A DNA stretch of 25,436 nt from Gemmatimonadota bacterium (GTDB lineage: Bacteria > Latescibacterota > UBA2968 > UBA8231): positions 1 to 25,436 of the forward strand of contig JAYOYH010000016.1 of the NCBI GenBank assembly GCA_038153405.1, given 5' to 3'. This document shows positions 17,047 through 25,436 of the stretch, in pieces (the stretch's first letter is position 1; the number at the start of each line of letters is the position of its first letter). Below the pieces are notes generated by a model that searched no databases, was not told the DNA's origin, and saw nothing but the letters and a program-made list of their open reading frames with translations. Made by a program: the position numbers and the translations under genes.

Positions 17047-18267
17047 ATGATGAACAAGCTAATGACATTTCACGCGGTGGTTCTGCTTGCACTGGTCGCG
17101 CCTGTTTGGGGCGCCCATCAACCGTACAGGATTTACATCGACGCTGATTTCACCAAGGTGGCGGCGGCGGCCATCTCAATTGAGCAGGGTCTGACGACGG
17201 CGTTGAGTGAGGTCGATTACACGCTGTCTGGGATCAAAGTGGAAATCGTGCGCAAAGACCATCGAGGTTCGGCGCCGCGTTCGAAACGCCATCTTGACGA
17301 ATACCTGCAAGACGATCTGGCGCTGGCCGTATTCTCTGGCCTACACTCACCTCCGCTACTGGCGCATCGAGACTTCATCAACGAACGGGGCATTTTGGTT
17401 CTCGATCCGTGGGCTGCTGCCGGTCCAATTACGCGCTATGCGGACGGCAAAAATTGGATATTTCGCCTCTCTATCGACGATAGCAATGCGGGAAACACTA
17501 TCGTGCGTCACGCTGTAGAGACGCGCGGTTTCAAAAAGCCCTACTTGCTTCTAGAAGAGACGGGATGGGGTAAATCTAACGAAGCTACGATGGGATTGGC
17601 CCTCAACTCCCTCGGCTTAAAGCCGGCTGGTTTGAGTTGGTTTAACTGGAACTTGAGCGATCTGCACGGCCGTGAGATTATGCGCAACATCGCGGATTCT
17701 GGAGCCGATGTAATTTTGCTGGTCGCGAATGCGCCCGAGGCTACGGTCCTATTAAGAGCCATGTCCGACTTGGATTTAAAAATTCCGGTGTGCAGTCATT
17801 GGGGTATAACGGGGGGGGATTTTTATGAGGCGATGGCGGAGATAAATGCGAATGTCGATCTCTCTTTTATTCAAACGCGCTTCTCGTTCATCGGCATTAA
17901 AGAGAGTATGCGCGGCTATAGCGTACTGCAACAGGCGCGCATACTCTATCCCGAGTTGATTCAAGATCCCGTGGACATCAAGGCGCCGACGGGTTTCGTG
18001 CATGCCTATGACCTCGGCAAGATTTTCATTCGTGCTGCCGAACAGGCGGGCCTAAATGGTCGCGTGGACGAGGATCGCGCCGCTTTGCACTACGCGTTGG
18101 AGAATCTCGGCGGTAAGGTAGACGGTCTAATAAAGCAGTACGAGAGCCCTTTCGCTCCTTGGAGTAACGCCAATACAAATGCGCACGAAGCGTTGAGCGA
18201 AGCTGATTACCTCATGGGAAGCTACGGTTCACGTGGCGAAGTTATTCTGCATGATGCGGAGGAGTAG
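17047..18267 (+). CDS. periplasmic ligand-binding protein, type 1 (LivJ-like)
   Basis: Signal peptide; IEQGLTTAL, KDHRGS, VFSGLHSPP, WIFRLSIDD, ETGWGKSN and HAYDL are typical of branched-chain-amino-acid-type binding proteins. Confidence 0.88.
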   Translation: MMNKLMTFHAVVLLALVAPVWGAHQPYRIYIDADFTKVAAAAISIEQGLTTALSEVDYTLSGIKVEIVRKDHRGSAPRSKRHLDEYLQDDLALAVFSGLHSPPLLAHRDFINERGILVLDPWAAAGPITRYADGKNWIFRLSIDDSNAGNTIVRHAVETRGFKKPYLLLEETGWGKSNEATMGLALNSLGLKPAGLSWFNWNLSDLHGREIMRNIADSGADVILLVANAPEATVLLRAMSDLDLKIPVCSHWGITGGDFYEAMAEINANVDLSFIQTRFSFIGIKESMRGYSVLQQARILYPELIQDPVDIKAPTGFVHAYDLGKIFIRAAEQAGLNGRVDEDRAALHYALENLGGKVDGLIKQYESPFAPWSNANTNAHEALSEADYLMGSYGSRGEVILHDAEE

Positions 18268-18271
18268 ATAG

Positions 18272-21145
18272 GTGGCTAAAGCCGCACATATGTCTCCTGG
18301 AGAGCCTGATCGCTTCGTAGAGGAACTGAGTGCAAAGCAGCTCATTGTGCCTCTGCTTATGACGCTGTTTTTAACCGGCGTGCTATTTGCTATGTGGGCT
18401 GCTAATAATCTCGGCGAAAAATTTGAACGACAATACGAATCCCATATCGATGGCGAATTGGAGAAAATCCGGAGCTTAGTCGGACAGGCCGAAAGCTATT
18501 ACGTGCTTGCGCTGCAGGATATCGCCAACATGCCCTCAGTCCGGCAAGCGGTTATGCAGCCCGAAGCGAGTAAGGCGAGAGTGGCCGATCTGCTGAGTAA
18601 CACGGCCCTGATGGGAGAGGATCAATGGCTGGCCCTATTCGACTTTTCGGGTGCGCCGATATACACTTCGCGCATTAATGTCGACTATGTAGACGATGCG
18701 TCGCTCGCTCGCGTACTCAGCAGTGCTACCCATGCCGTTTTTGAACTGCGCTCGGTAGCGGGGCGGAACTACTGGCTTCTGTGTGTGCCCGTAACGGTGA
18801 ATGGGCTGGTTGAGGGAGCTCTTGTGGCCGAAATAGAATTCACTCAAATGTTTAAAAACCGTGTAAGCGATCATGAGAACTATGTGGAATTTATGCGCCC
18901 CGGTGTTTCCGAACCGTTTGCGACCTTGGGCGTGCTAAATTCATCGTATGGCGAAAACCGGAGCAATCTTGACGTCGCTTCGCGCATGTGGAAGCGCTTT
19001 GATATAGAGCTGCAATTCTACCACAATCGCGAGAATATTCTTGCTGAGGAGCGCCGCTTTGCAGTGGATACGGCGCTGGCTTTCCTCTTTATCGGCATGG
19101 TGACGCTTTTCCTTGCCCATCGACTGAGTCAGCGTTTTGCAACTCGCCTTATTGAAGAGCGCAATGCAACGGCAATGCTGTACGAGCAGGTACAGCAAGC
19201 TAATGCTAAGTTAGAAGAAGCGATAAGTGAAGCGGGTAGGGCCAACCGCCATAAGAGCGAATTCTTGGCGAATATGAGCCACGAGATTCGCACGCCGATG
19301 AATGCAATTCTTGGTATGACAGAACTGCTGCTCGATACGCCGTTGCAGGAGAGCCAACAGAACGACCTACAAGTAGTGCGCCATTCTGCTCGATCTCTAT
19401 TGAATATTCTCAACGACATACTCGATTTGAGTAAGGTCGAAGCCGGTAAAATGTCGTTGGAAAGTATTGAGTTTAGCTTGAGAGAGGTTTTGGATAATCT
19501 CAATCAGGTCTTTTTGCTGCGCGCCGAGTCCAAAGGTTTGAAGTTCAAGGTCGACGTGGCATCGAATGTGCCGGAACGCCTCGTTGGCGATCCGACGCGC
19601 ATACGTCAGGTCATCACTAACTTGCTGGGGAATGCTATTAAGTTTACCGGGCAAGGAAGCGTCTACCTGCACGTTAATTGCGCCAGTATCGTAGATCAAA
19701 TCGCTGATCTGCGCGTGCTCGTGCGCGATACGGGGGTGGGTATTGCCAAGAAAAATCAGGAGGAAATCTTCAGTGCATTTACCCAAGCCGACGGGTCGAT
19801 CACCCGGAAATACGGCGGCACGGGGTTGGGCTTGAGCATCTCGCAGCAGCTCATTTCCATGATGGGAGGAGAGATGTCGCTGCAAAGTGTTGAAGGGAAG
19901 GGAAGCACCTTCTCTTTCAACCTATTTATTGGCGTTGCCGATGACGCTGTCGGATCCGAGGACACAGCTTCCGTTGTGGTCCCGCAACTGCTCAAGCAGC
20001 ATGAGATTTCGTCCCGGCGCATACTGTTAGTAGAGGATAACTTCTTCAACCAGGTCGTCACAACGGGCTTACTTAAAAAGCACGGCTACATACTCGAAGT
20101 AGCCAATAATGGGGAAGAGTGTCTGGATATGCTTGACCGAGGGCAATATGACTGCGTGCTCATGGATATCCAGATGGCGGTTATGGATGGGGTCGAGGCC
20201 ACCCATGCGATTCGGCGACGCGAAGAAGTGCGCGGTGGCCACATACCCATTATCGGCCTATCGGCGCATGCCATGACGGGTGACCGCGAGCACTATATGG
20301 CCGAAGGCATGGATGGCTATGCGACAAAGCCCGTTGAGATTGATAAGCTCGTCGGGGAAATTGAGAGCGTGTTGAGCGAGGTGGTTGCTTCTGCAGCACC
20401 AGGCGATAGCGCGCAGTCTTCGCGCGTAGATGTAGAGGCGGTTCTGGAAATGATCGGCGGAGATCGCGAGCTTCTGCTTCAACTAGTGGGAAACTATCTG
20501 GCCGCGCAGGAGCAGCACCGAGTAGATATCGAGGCTGCTGTAGATCAACAGGATGCGGAGGCGCTCCTTGTCGCGACAGGTTCTCTCAGGTCGCCTATGC
20601 AGACGCTGCAACTTGTCCAAAGTTTAAACCACCTCGATGTATTAGGAGCAATGTGCCAGACGGGAGACCTAACGGATGCGCGCGCTCGATGGGAATTACT
20701 TAATGCCGATATCGATATAGATGTGGCGGCACTGCGCGACATTGTGGCGCGCGAAGCCGGCGATGGCGCGGGCGAGGCGTCGAGTCCTGTCCAAGAAAAT
20801 GCCTCTGCGCAAGTGGCCGTGGATTCCCTCTTGGACCTGGTCGGTGGGGATCGCCAGATGTTTGCCCAGCTCGCCGATGCATTTCTCGTCTCGTACGAGC
20901 GCAACCTAAACGATTTGGTGCAAGCGGTCGATGAGGGCGATGGGCCGGCTTTAGCCGAAGCGGTTTATGTGCTCAAGACGTCGCTGGCCATGTTGCAACT
21001 CGAACAAGTAAATCGCCGCATTGAGGTGTTGGAAAAAATGGGCAAAGAAAACGCCATGGAGAATGCGCGACAGGAGCTCGAGCAGTTGGCAAAAGAATTA
21101 AAAGACTGCGCCGATGCGCTGAAAACGGCTGCGGCTGCATCGTAG
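18272..21145 (+). CDS. hybrid sensor histidine kinase (2 TM, Cache-like sensor, HisKA, HATPase, REC, two HPt-like domains)
   Basis: FLANMSHEIRTPMN, NLLGNAIKFT, DTGVGI, FTQAD and GGTGLGL; REC motifs LLVEDN, MDIQM and TKP; two C-terminal GGDR-initiated helical repeats. Confidence 0.95.
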   Translation: MAKAAHMSPGEPDRFVEELSAKQLIVPLLMTLFLTGVLFAMWAANNLGEKFERQYESHIDGELEKIRSLVGQAESYYVLALQDIANMPSVRQAVMQPEASKARVADLLSNTALMGEDQWLALFDFSGAPIYTSRINVDYVDDASLARVLSSATHAVFELRSVAGRNYWLLCVPVTVNGLVEGALVAEIEFTQMFKNRVSDHENYVEFMRPGVSEPFATLGVLNSSYGENRSNLDVASRMWKRFDIELQFYHNRENILAEERRFAVDTALAFLFIGMVTLFLAHRLSQRFATRLIEERNATAMLYEQVQQANAKLEEAISEAGRANRHKSEFLANMSHEIRTPMNAILGMTELLLDTPLQESQQNDLQVVRHSARSLLNILNDILDLSKVEAGKMSLESIEFSLREVLDNLNQVFLLRAESKGLKFKVDVASNVPERLVGDPTRIRQVITNLLGNAIKFTGQGSVYLHVNCASIVDQIADLRVLVRDTGVGIAKKNQEEIFSAFTQADGSITRKYGGTGLGLSISQQLISMMGGEMSLQSVEGKGSTFSFNLFIGVADDAVGSEDTASVVVPQLLKQHEISSRRILLVEDNFFNQVVTTGLLKKHGYILEVANNGEECLDMLDRGQYDCVLMDIQMAVMDGVEATHAIRRREEVRGGHIPIIGLSAHAMTGDREHYMAEGMDGYATKPVEIDKLVGEIESVLSEVVASAAPGDSAQSSRVDVEAVLEMIGGDRELLLQLVGNYLAAQEQHRVDIEAAVDQQDAEALLVATGSLRSPMQTLQLVQSLNHLDVLGAMCQTGDLTDARARWELLNADIDIDVAALRDIVAREAGDGAGEASSPVQENASAQVAVDSLLDLVGGDRQMFAQLADAFLVSYERNLNDLVQAVDEGDGPALAEAVYVLKTSLAMLQLEQVNRRIEVLEKMGKENAMENARQELEQLAKELKDCADALKTAAAAS

Positions 21146-21183
21146 TGCATAGCGCCGTTGACGACGTGCGACGGATGCGCAGG

Positions 21184-22179
21184 CTATCTATTTACGTCCA
21201 CTACGATTCGCCCCCTGATATTTCCCCGTAAAATTTCCCCGCCCAATTGCAGCAGTTCGTCCATGGCCGCTTCGCTTGTGATGGCGTCGATCGTCGCGTG
21301 CGGTATGGTGTCTGTTAGTTGCTGCCATACAGCGCGGCGCTCTCTATTTGGGTAAAATACAGAATCAATGCCGAGCAGGCTGATACCGCGAAGTAGGAAC
21401 GGTATGACGGAAGTCTCTAGGGTAGCGCCACCGGCTAGGCCAATGGCGGCCACTGCACCTCCCGGTTGCACTTGACCGAGCACGCGCGCCAGCACTGCGC
21501 CGCCGACCGAATCGATACAGGCGGCCCAGCGCCCGCTCTCTAGCGGTTTACCTGATGGCTTGTCCAACTGGTCGCGCGGTAGAATGGCGCTCGCTCCCAG
21601 GTCCATCAGGTAGTCGGCATGTTGGCTGCGTCCGGTGCTGGCGACCACTGCGTATCCCCGTGCGGCCAGCAGCGCCACCGCCATCGAGCCAACCCCGCCC
21701 GCCGCGCCGGTGACCAATACTTCGCCGCGCTGTGGCGTCAGGCCGTGCGCTTCGAGCGAGCGCAGCGCTATTCCGGCTGTGAAGCCGGCCGAGCCGAGGC
21801 CCATCGCCCGTTGGGGAGTGAGTCCGGCAGGCAGTCCAACTAACCAGTCGCCGCTGACGCTCACCTGCTGCGCGTAACCTCCCCAGCGAATTTCGCCGAC
21901 GCGGAAACCGGTGCCGATAACCTGGTCGCCCTTCGCAAAGTCTGCGTGCGTGCTGTGCAGCACGGTGCCTGCGTAGTCGATGCCCGGGACGTGTGGATAG
22001 GTCTTTACTAGATCGCCCAGCCCGTTGAGTACTAATCCGTCTTTATAGTTTAGCGATGAATGAGAGACAGCCACCGTGACATCGCCTTCGGGCAGACTGT
22101 CTATCGGCAGTTCGCGCATGCCAGCGGCAAGCGCATGGCCCTTTTTTTCTAAGACCAATGCATTGAATGTATTTATCAG
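21184..22179 (-). CDS. MDR-family oxidoreductase, YhdH/AcuI (acryloyl-CoA reductase-like)
   Basis: HSSLNYKDGL, PHVPGIDYAG, GSAGFTA, VTGAAGGVGS and PFLLRGISLLGIDSV. Start uncertain: CTG 22179, ATA 22176 or TTG 22158. Confidence 0.92.
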   Translation of the reverse strand: MINTFNALVLEKKGHALAAGMRELPIDSLPEGDVTVAVSHSSLNYKDGLVLNGLGDLVKTYPHVPGIDYAGTVLHSTHADFAKGDQVIGTGFRVGEIRWGGYAQQVSVSGDWLVGLPAGLTPQRAMGLGSAGFTAGIALRSLEAHGLTPQRGEVLVTGAAGGVGSMAVALLAARGYAVVASTGRSQHADYLMDLGASAILPRDQLDKPSGKPLESGRWAACIDSVGGAVLARVLGQVQPGGAVAAIGLAGGATLETSVIPFLLRGISLLGIDSVFYPNRERRAVWQQLTDTIPHATIDAITSEAAMDELLQLGGEILRGNIRGRIVVDVNR

Positions 22180-22988
22180 AAGGGTACCTCGTCGTTAAAG
22201 ATTTGCGTGCGCTTCATAATGCGGCGCTGCTGAGCGGGAAAGGGCAGGCGGCGATGCATGGTGGGGCGATTGTCCCAGAGCACTAGGTCGCCGACGCGCC
22301 ACTCGTGCGTCCACACAAAGCGCGGCTGGTCTAAATGCGCGTAGAGTATGGAGAGCAACTGCGCGCCTTCCTCTTCCTGCATATCGACGACGTATTGGGT
22401 CAGGTGTGGTCCTACATAGAGCGATTTGCGGCCCGTTTCGGGATGGGTGCGCACGATGGGGTGGTCGACCATTTCGGGTGGATTTTGCTCTTCGACATAG
22501 TGGCGGTGCACGGCGCGCAGGCCAGCCAGCCGTTCTTTCATCGCTTCATTGAGGGCGGAGTAGGGCGCCGTGCAGTTGCACCACTGGGTTTGGCCGCCCT
22601 GTTCGGGTATTTCCACTGCATAGAGTACCGACAAGGTGCCGGGCTGGCGCAGGTAGGACAAATCGGAGTGAAAAGATACCTCGCCGTGGCCGAGAGCGCC
22701 GATGGGCTCGCCGTTTTCTTCGACATTGGAAATGATAAAGATCTCCGGCACCGGCCGCGGCCGCTGTTTGCGCACGTGCTCTACGGGCTTGCCAAAGTAA
22801 CCGGTAAAGCGCAACTGGTCTTCTTCGCTGATGTGCTGGTCGCGGAAGAATACTACGCCGTAGTCGAGCAGCGCACCGCGCACTTGTGCTACCTGCTCAG
22901 GCGATAGCGGTTGGGCGAGGTCCGCTCCTGTGATTTGAGCGCCTAGTGCGCCGCCCGTGGGAATAATGTGTAGTGCTGCTGTCGTCAT
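22176..22988 (-). CDS. TauD/TfdA-family Fe(II)/2-oxoglutarate dioxygenase
   Basis: GALGAQITGADL, VVFFRDQ, FHSDLSY (HxD), HPIVRTHPETGRKSLY and WRVGDLVLWDNRPTMHRR. Confidence 0.95.
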   Translation of the reverse strand: MTTAALHIIPTGGALGAQITGADLAQPLSPEQVAQVRGALLDYGVVFFRDQHISEEDQLRFTGYFGKPVEHVRKQRPRPVPEIFIISNVEENGEPIGALGHGEVSFHSDLSYLRQPGTLSVLYAVEIPEQGGQTQWCNCTAPYSALNEAMKERLAGLRAVHRHYVEEQNPPEMVDHPIVRTHPETGRKSLYVGPHLTQYVVDMQEEEGAQLLSILYAHLDQPRFVWTHEWRVGDLVLWDNRPTMHRRLPFPAQQRRIMKRTQIFNDEVPF

Positions 22989-23023
22989 GGTATGCTCGCG
23001 TAACATGCGCCCGAACTCGGCGG

Positions 23024-23607
23024 TTAAATGGTGCAGATATCGTAGGTGGTCTGCAGCGCCTATAGCGAATCGCTTTTGAGACTAAACTCATGGCCGACGT
23101 ATCTGCTGTAGCCGGTGGCCTGTATGGCGCGCATAATGGCTGGATAGTAGAGCTCTTGCTCGTCGTCGAGGCCGTTACGGCCTGGGTTGCCAGCGGTGTG
23201 GTAGTGGCCGATGCGCTCGGCATAGTCAGTGATGGTGCGAATGATATCGCCCTCCATGATCTGCATGTGGTAAATGTCGTAGAGCAGCTTCACGGCGGGC
23301 GATCCGACGGCGCGGCACATGGCCACCCCCCACGGGGTGTGGTCGCACTGGCAGTCGGGGTGGTTGACCTTTGAGTTGAGCAATTCCATACACAGGGCGA
23401 CGCCTTTCTCCTCGGTGCTGGGTATAACACGACGCAGTTAGCCAAGCCTTCTTCTGAAGATTTGCCTTCGCTATTGCCCGAAAAGCAGATGAGCGCGGGA
23501 ATGTAGAATGCGGCGGACTCGTCGATGCGCGCAGCCTCTTTAACGACCTGCTCGGGCGTGACGCCGCCGCGCGTAAAAGGGCTAAAACACACCGATTGTT
23601 TGATCAT
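23024..23607 (-). pseudogene. disrupted hydroxypyruvate isomerase (Hyi)-family TIM-barrel gene
   Basis: [43 protein letters not shown] and [11 protein letters not shown] are split over two frames. Short N-terminus, frameshift near 23430-23437 and internal TAG at 23060-23062. Confidence 0.88.
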
Positions 23608-23619
23608 GGGGAGGGTCCC

Positions 23620-25101
23620 TCAGCGGTACAATTCGACGGTGGGGCGGAATTCCACATGGGCGTCGAGCGGATAGATCGGGCGCTGGCAGACGCGGTGGCC
23701 CAACGTCTTCAGGTTGGCGCTGGTCGAGCCGGGCGCATCGACGTTAACGTTTCTCTCTGCCCATTCGTCAAAGAACTGCGGCTGGCAATGGGGTGATTTG
23801 ACGACGATGAGGTCGTAGTCCTGCGGGTCGATTCCATGCGCGATAAAGGGCGAGCGGTCGACAAAGCGGACGGAGCGACTCAGGACGACAAGGGTATAGT
23901 TGGCGCAGCGCAGCACGGCCGTCAGGCCAGCGCTCTCTGGCGTGCCCGACGATTCGAGCGGATACTCGCCGTCGCCGAGCTGTTCGACCGTCACCTCTAA
24001 CTGCAGGGGGGGGAAGCGCGCGTCGAGCGCGCCGCCGATTACCACCTGCAGCTTGTTGTGCAAGCCGGCTTCGTGTGCCATGAGGGCGGCGGCTGGGTCG
24101 ACGATGGGCGCCAGCACTTCGCCGGCGAAATCGCCGTCGATGAGCGCCTGTAAAATGGCGTTGCTATCGCCGGTTGCGCCCGAAGAGGTGGCGTCGGCCG
24201 CGTCGGTAAAGATGACGGGGCCAGGCATCTCGCTGGCCTGGCGCACCGCTTCTTCCATTTCGATGAGTAAGGGCTGCATCTGTGCGCGGTTATCCCAGAA
24301 GGCCTGCGCCATGTGCAGCGCCTCGGCTTCGGCCAGTTCGGGTTGATCGTCCGTGATCACTACCGACTGGCAGCAGAGTTCAGGAACGTCGGTAAAGGGG
24401 TTGCCGATCATCATGCCGGCCGACAGCACGCGCGGATCCCTTTCTAGGTTCTGCGCGTAGCGAATGGATTCTCCGTAGACGCCGGTGGAGGTGATCAGCT
24501 CGTCGCCGCGCACGAGGGCGGGCACCTTCACGCGCGCTACGACGGGTTTAGCCCCGCGCAGCACCTTGATCAGCAGTTCGGCTGCGCGCCGGCCGGTATC
24601 GGCGAAGTCGACGTGTGGATAGGTGTGGTAGAGCGCCAAGCCGTTGCTGTTATCGAGCATCTTTCGCGTAAGAATGCCGTGTAGGTCGAGCGACAGCACG
24701 ATGGGCACGCTCGGTCCGAGCAGGCGGCGCGCCTCGGCCAGCAGATAGCCTTCCGGGTCCAGCTCCTCCGTGCAGCCCATGGCACCGTGCAGACAAAAAT
24801 AGAGGGCGTCTGCGCTGGCGGCGTGCGCTTCGAGGGCGTGGGAAAACTCGGCCACAATTCGCTCGAAACTTTCCTGCTCGAGCGGGCCAGCCGAATTGGA
24901 ACGCGCACCGTAAATGGGCACGGCTTCGATATCGGGATCGCCGCGAAAGGCGTCGAGCGCTCCGCGCACCTCCGTGCCCTTGCCATCGTGGTAGGCCAGC
25001 AGTTCGGCGCCGTAGTTTACGGTGAAGTAGTCGTACGTGGAGTCTACCGGGTTAAACGAAGAAATCTCCTGCTTGCACTCGGCGATGAGAATTCTCGGCA
25101 T
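23620..25101 (-). CDS. M81-family metallopeptidase (MlrC-like)
   Basis: RILIAECKQEISSFNP, LHGAM, DPEG, SLDLHG, YHTYPHVD, DAADATSSG and IVVKS. Confidence 0.93.
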   Translation of the reverse strand: MPRILIAECKQEISSFNPVDSTYDYFTVNYGAELLAYHDGKGTEVRGALDAFRGDPDIEAVPIYGARSNSAGPLEQESFERIVAEFSHALEAHAASADALYFCLHGAMGCTEELDPEGYLLAEARRLLGPSVPIVLSLDLHGILTRKMLDNSNGLALYHTYPHVDFADTGRRAAELLIKVLRGAKPVVARVKVPALVRGDELITSTGVYGESIRYAQNLERDPRVLSAGMMIGNPFTDVPELCCQSVVITDDQPELAEAEALHMAQAFWDNRAQMQPLLIEMEEAVRQASEMPGPVIFTDAADATSSGATGDSNAILQALIDGDFAGEVLAPIVDPAAALMAHEAGLHNKLQVVIGGALDARFPPLQLEVTVEQLGDGEYPLESSGTPESAGLTAVLRCANYTLVVLSRSVRFVDRSPFIAHGIDPQDYDLIVVKSPHCQPQFFDEWAERNVNVDAPGSTSANLKTLGHRVCQRPIYPLDAHVEFRPTVELYR

Positions 25102-25192
25102 ATGCGCTATCTCTCAATTAGAGCGGCGTAGAGGCCGCGTCGGAATGGGACGGTATAGTGGCGAATTGTGCATGGCCGAGCAAGGACTCTTC

Positions 25193-25435
25193 TCACTTCT
25201 TCCGTGGCCGCGAGTGCCCCTGGTGCAAATAGTCCACGGGGTGGTCGACAAAAACTGCCTGGACGTTGAGCACCGGGTGCTCGAGGAATGATTCTGTGCC
25301 CATTTCAAACTCTACGCTGCCGCCGTTCCACCAGCGTGCGTGGTGGACCATCGCCAGCATCGGGCGGTGGATGGGAGTCTCGTTGGGCATGCCGCCGTGC
25401 CACACGCGCAGATCGCGCACGACTAAGTCGCCGCG
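25193..25435 (-). CDS. C-terminal fragment of a phytanoyl-CoA dioxygenase (PhyH)-family protein, truncated by the window edge
   Basis: Frame is open to the edge. RGDLVVRDLRVWHGGMPN...RPML carries the distal His and 2OG-binding Arg motif. Confidence 0.8.
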   Translation of the reverse strand, partial: RGDLVVRDLRVWHGGMPNETPIHRPMLAMVHHARWWNGGSVEFEMGTESFLEHPVLNVQAVFVDHPVDYLHQGHSRPRKK

Positions 25436-25436
25436 C

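Noticed and set aside
23060..23062. Amber read-through or programmed frameshift in the Hyi-like gene
   Set aside because: Three independent lesions, no slippery sequence, and TAG serving as a normal stop in many genes here make pseudogenisation the simpler explanation.
1..25436. CRISPR array, transposase, integrase, phage or defence-system genes
   Set aside because: No regularly spaced repeats or recognisable motifs were found. Top6A has its Top6B partner and no MksBEF/Wadjet genes nearby, so it is not JetD.

Overview
GC-rich bacterial chromosomal window with AT-richer patches, read without database access. The left part is housekeeping-like: tRNA-Phe(GAA), a stand-alone GAF-like protein, a CGWS monothiol glutaredoxin, murA, an operon of MazG-like pyrophosphatase, lipoprotein and SDR, and a 681-aa unknown protein. 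Next comes an intact archaeal-type DNA topoisomerase VI operon (top6B-top6A), preceded by a structured intergenic region with back-to-back promoters. The middle holds an AT-rich patch (methyltransferase and LPG-synthase/flippase-like membrane protein), an exported RraA-like protein, and a flavoprotein that resembles animal OSGIN1/2. A three-gene sensing unit follows: outer-membrane barrel, orphan periplasmic binding protein, and a hybrid kinase ending in two His-less HPt-like domains. The right end is a minus-strand catabolic cluster (PhyH-like fragment, M81/MlrC peptidase, triple-lesion Hyi-family pseudogene, TauD-like dioxygenase, AcuI/YhdH-like reductase). No CRISPR array, transposase or integrase was seen. 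All family assignments come from motif recognition and need HMM or structure confirmation.
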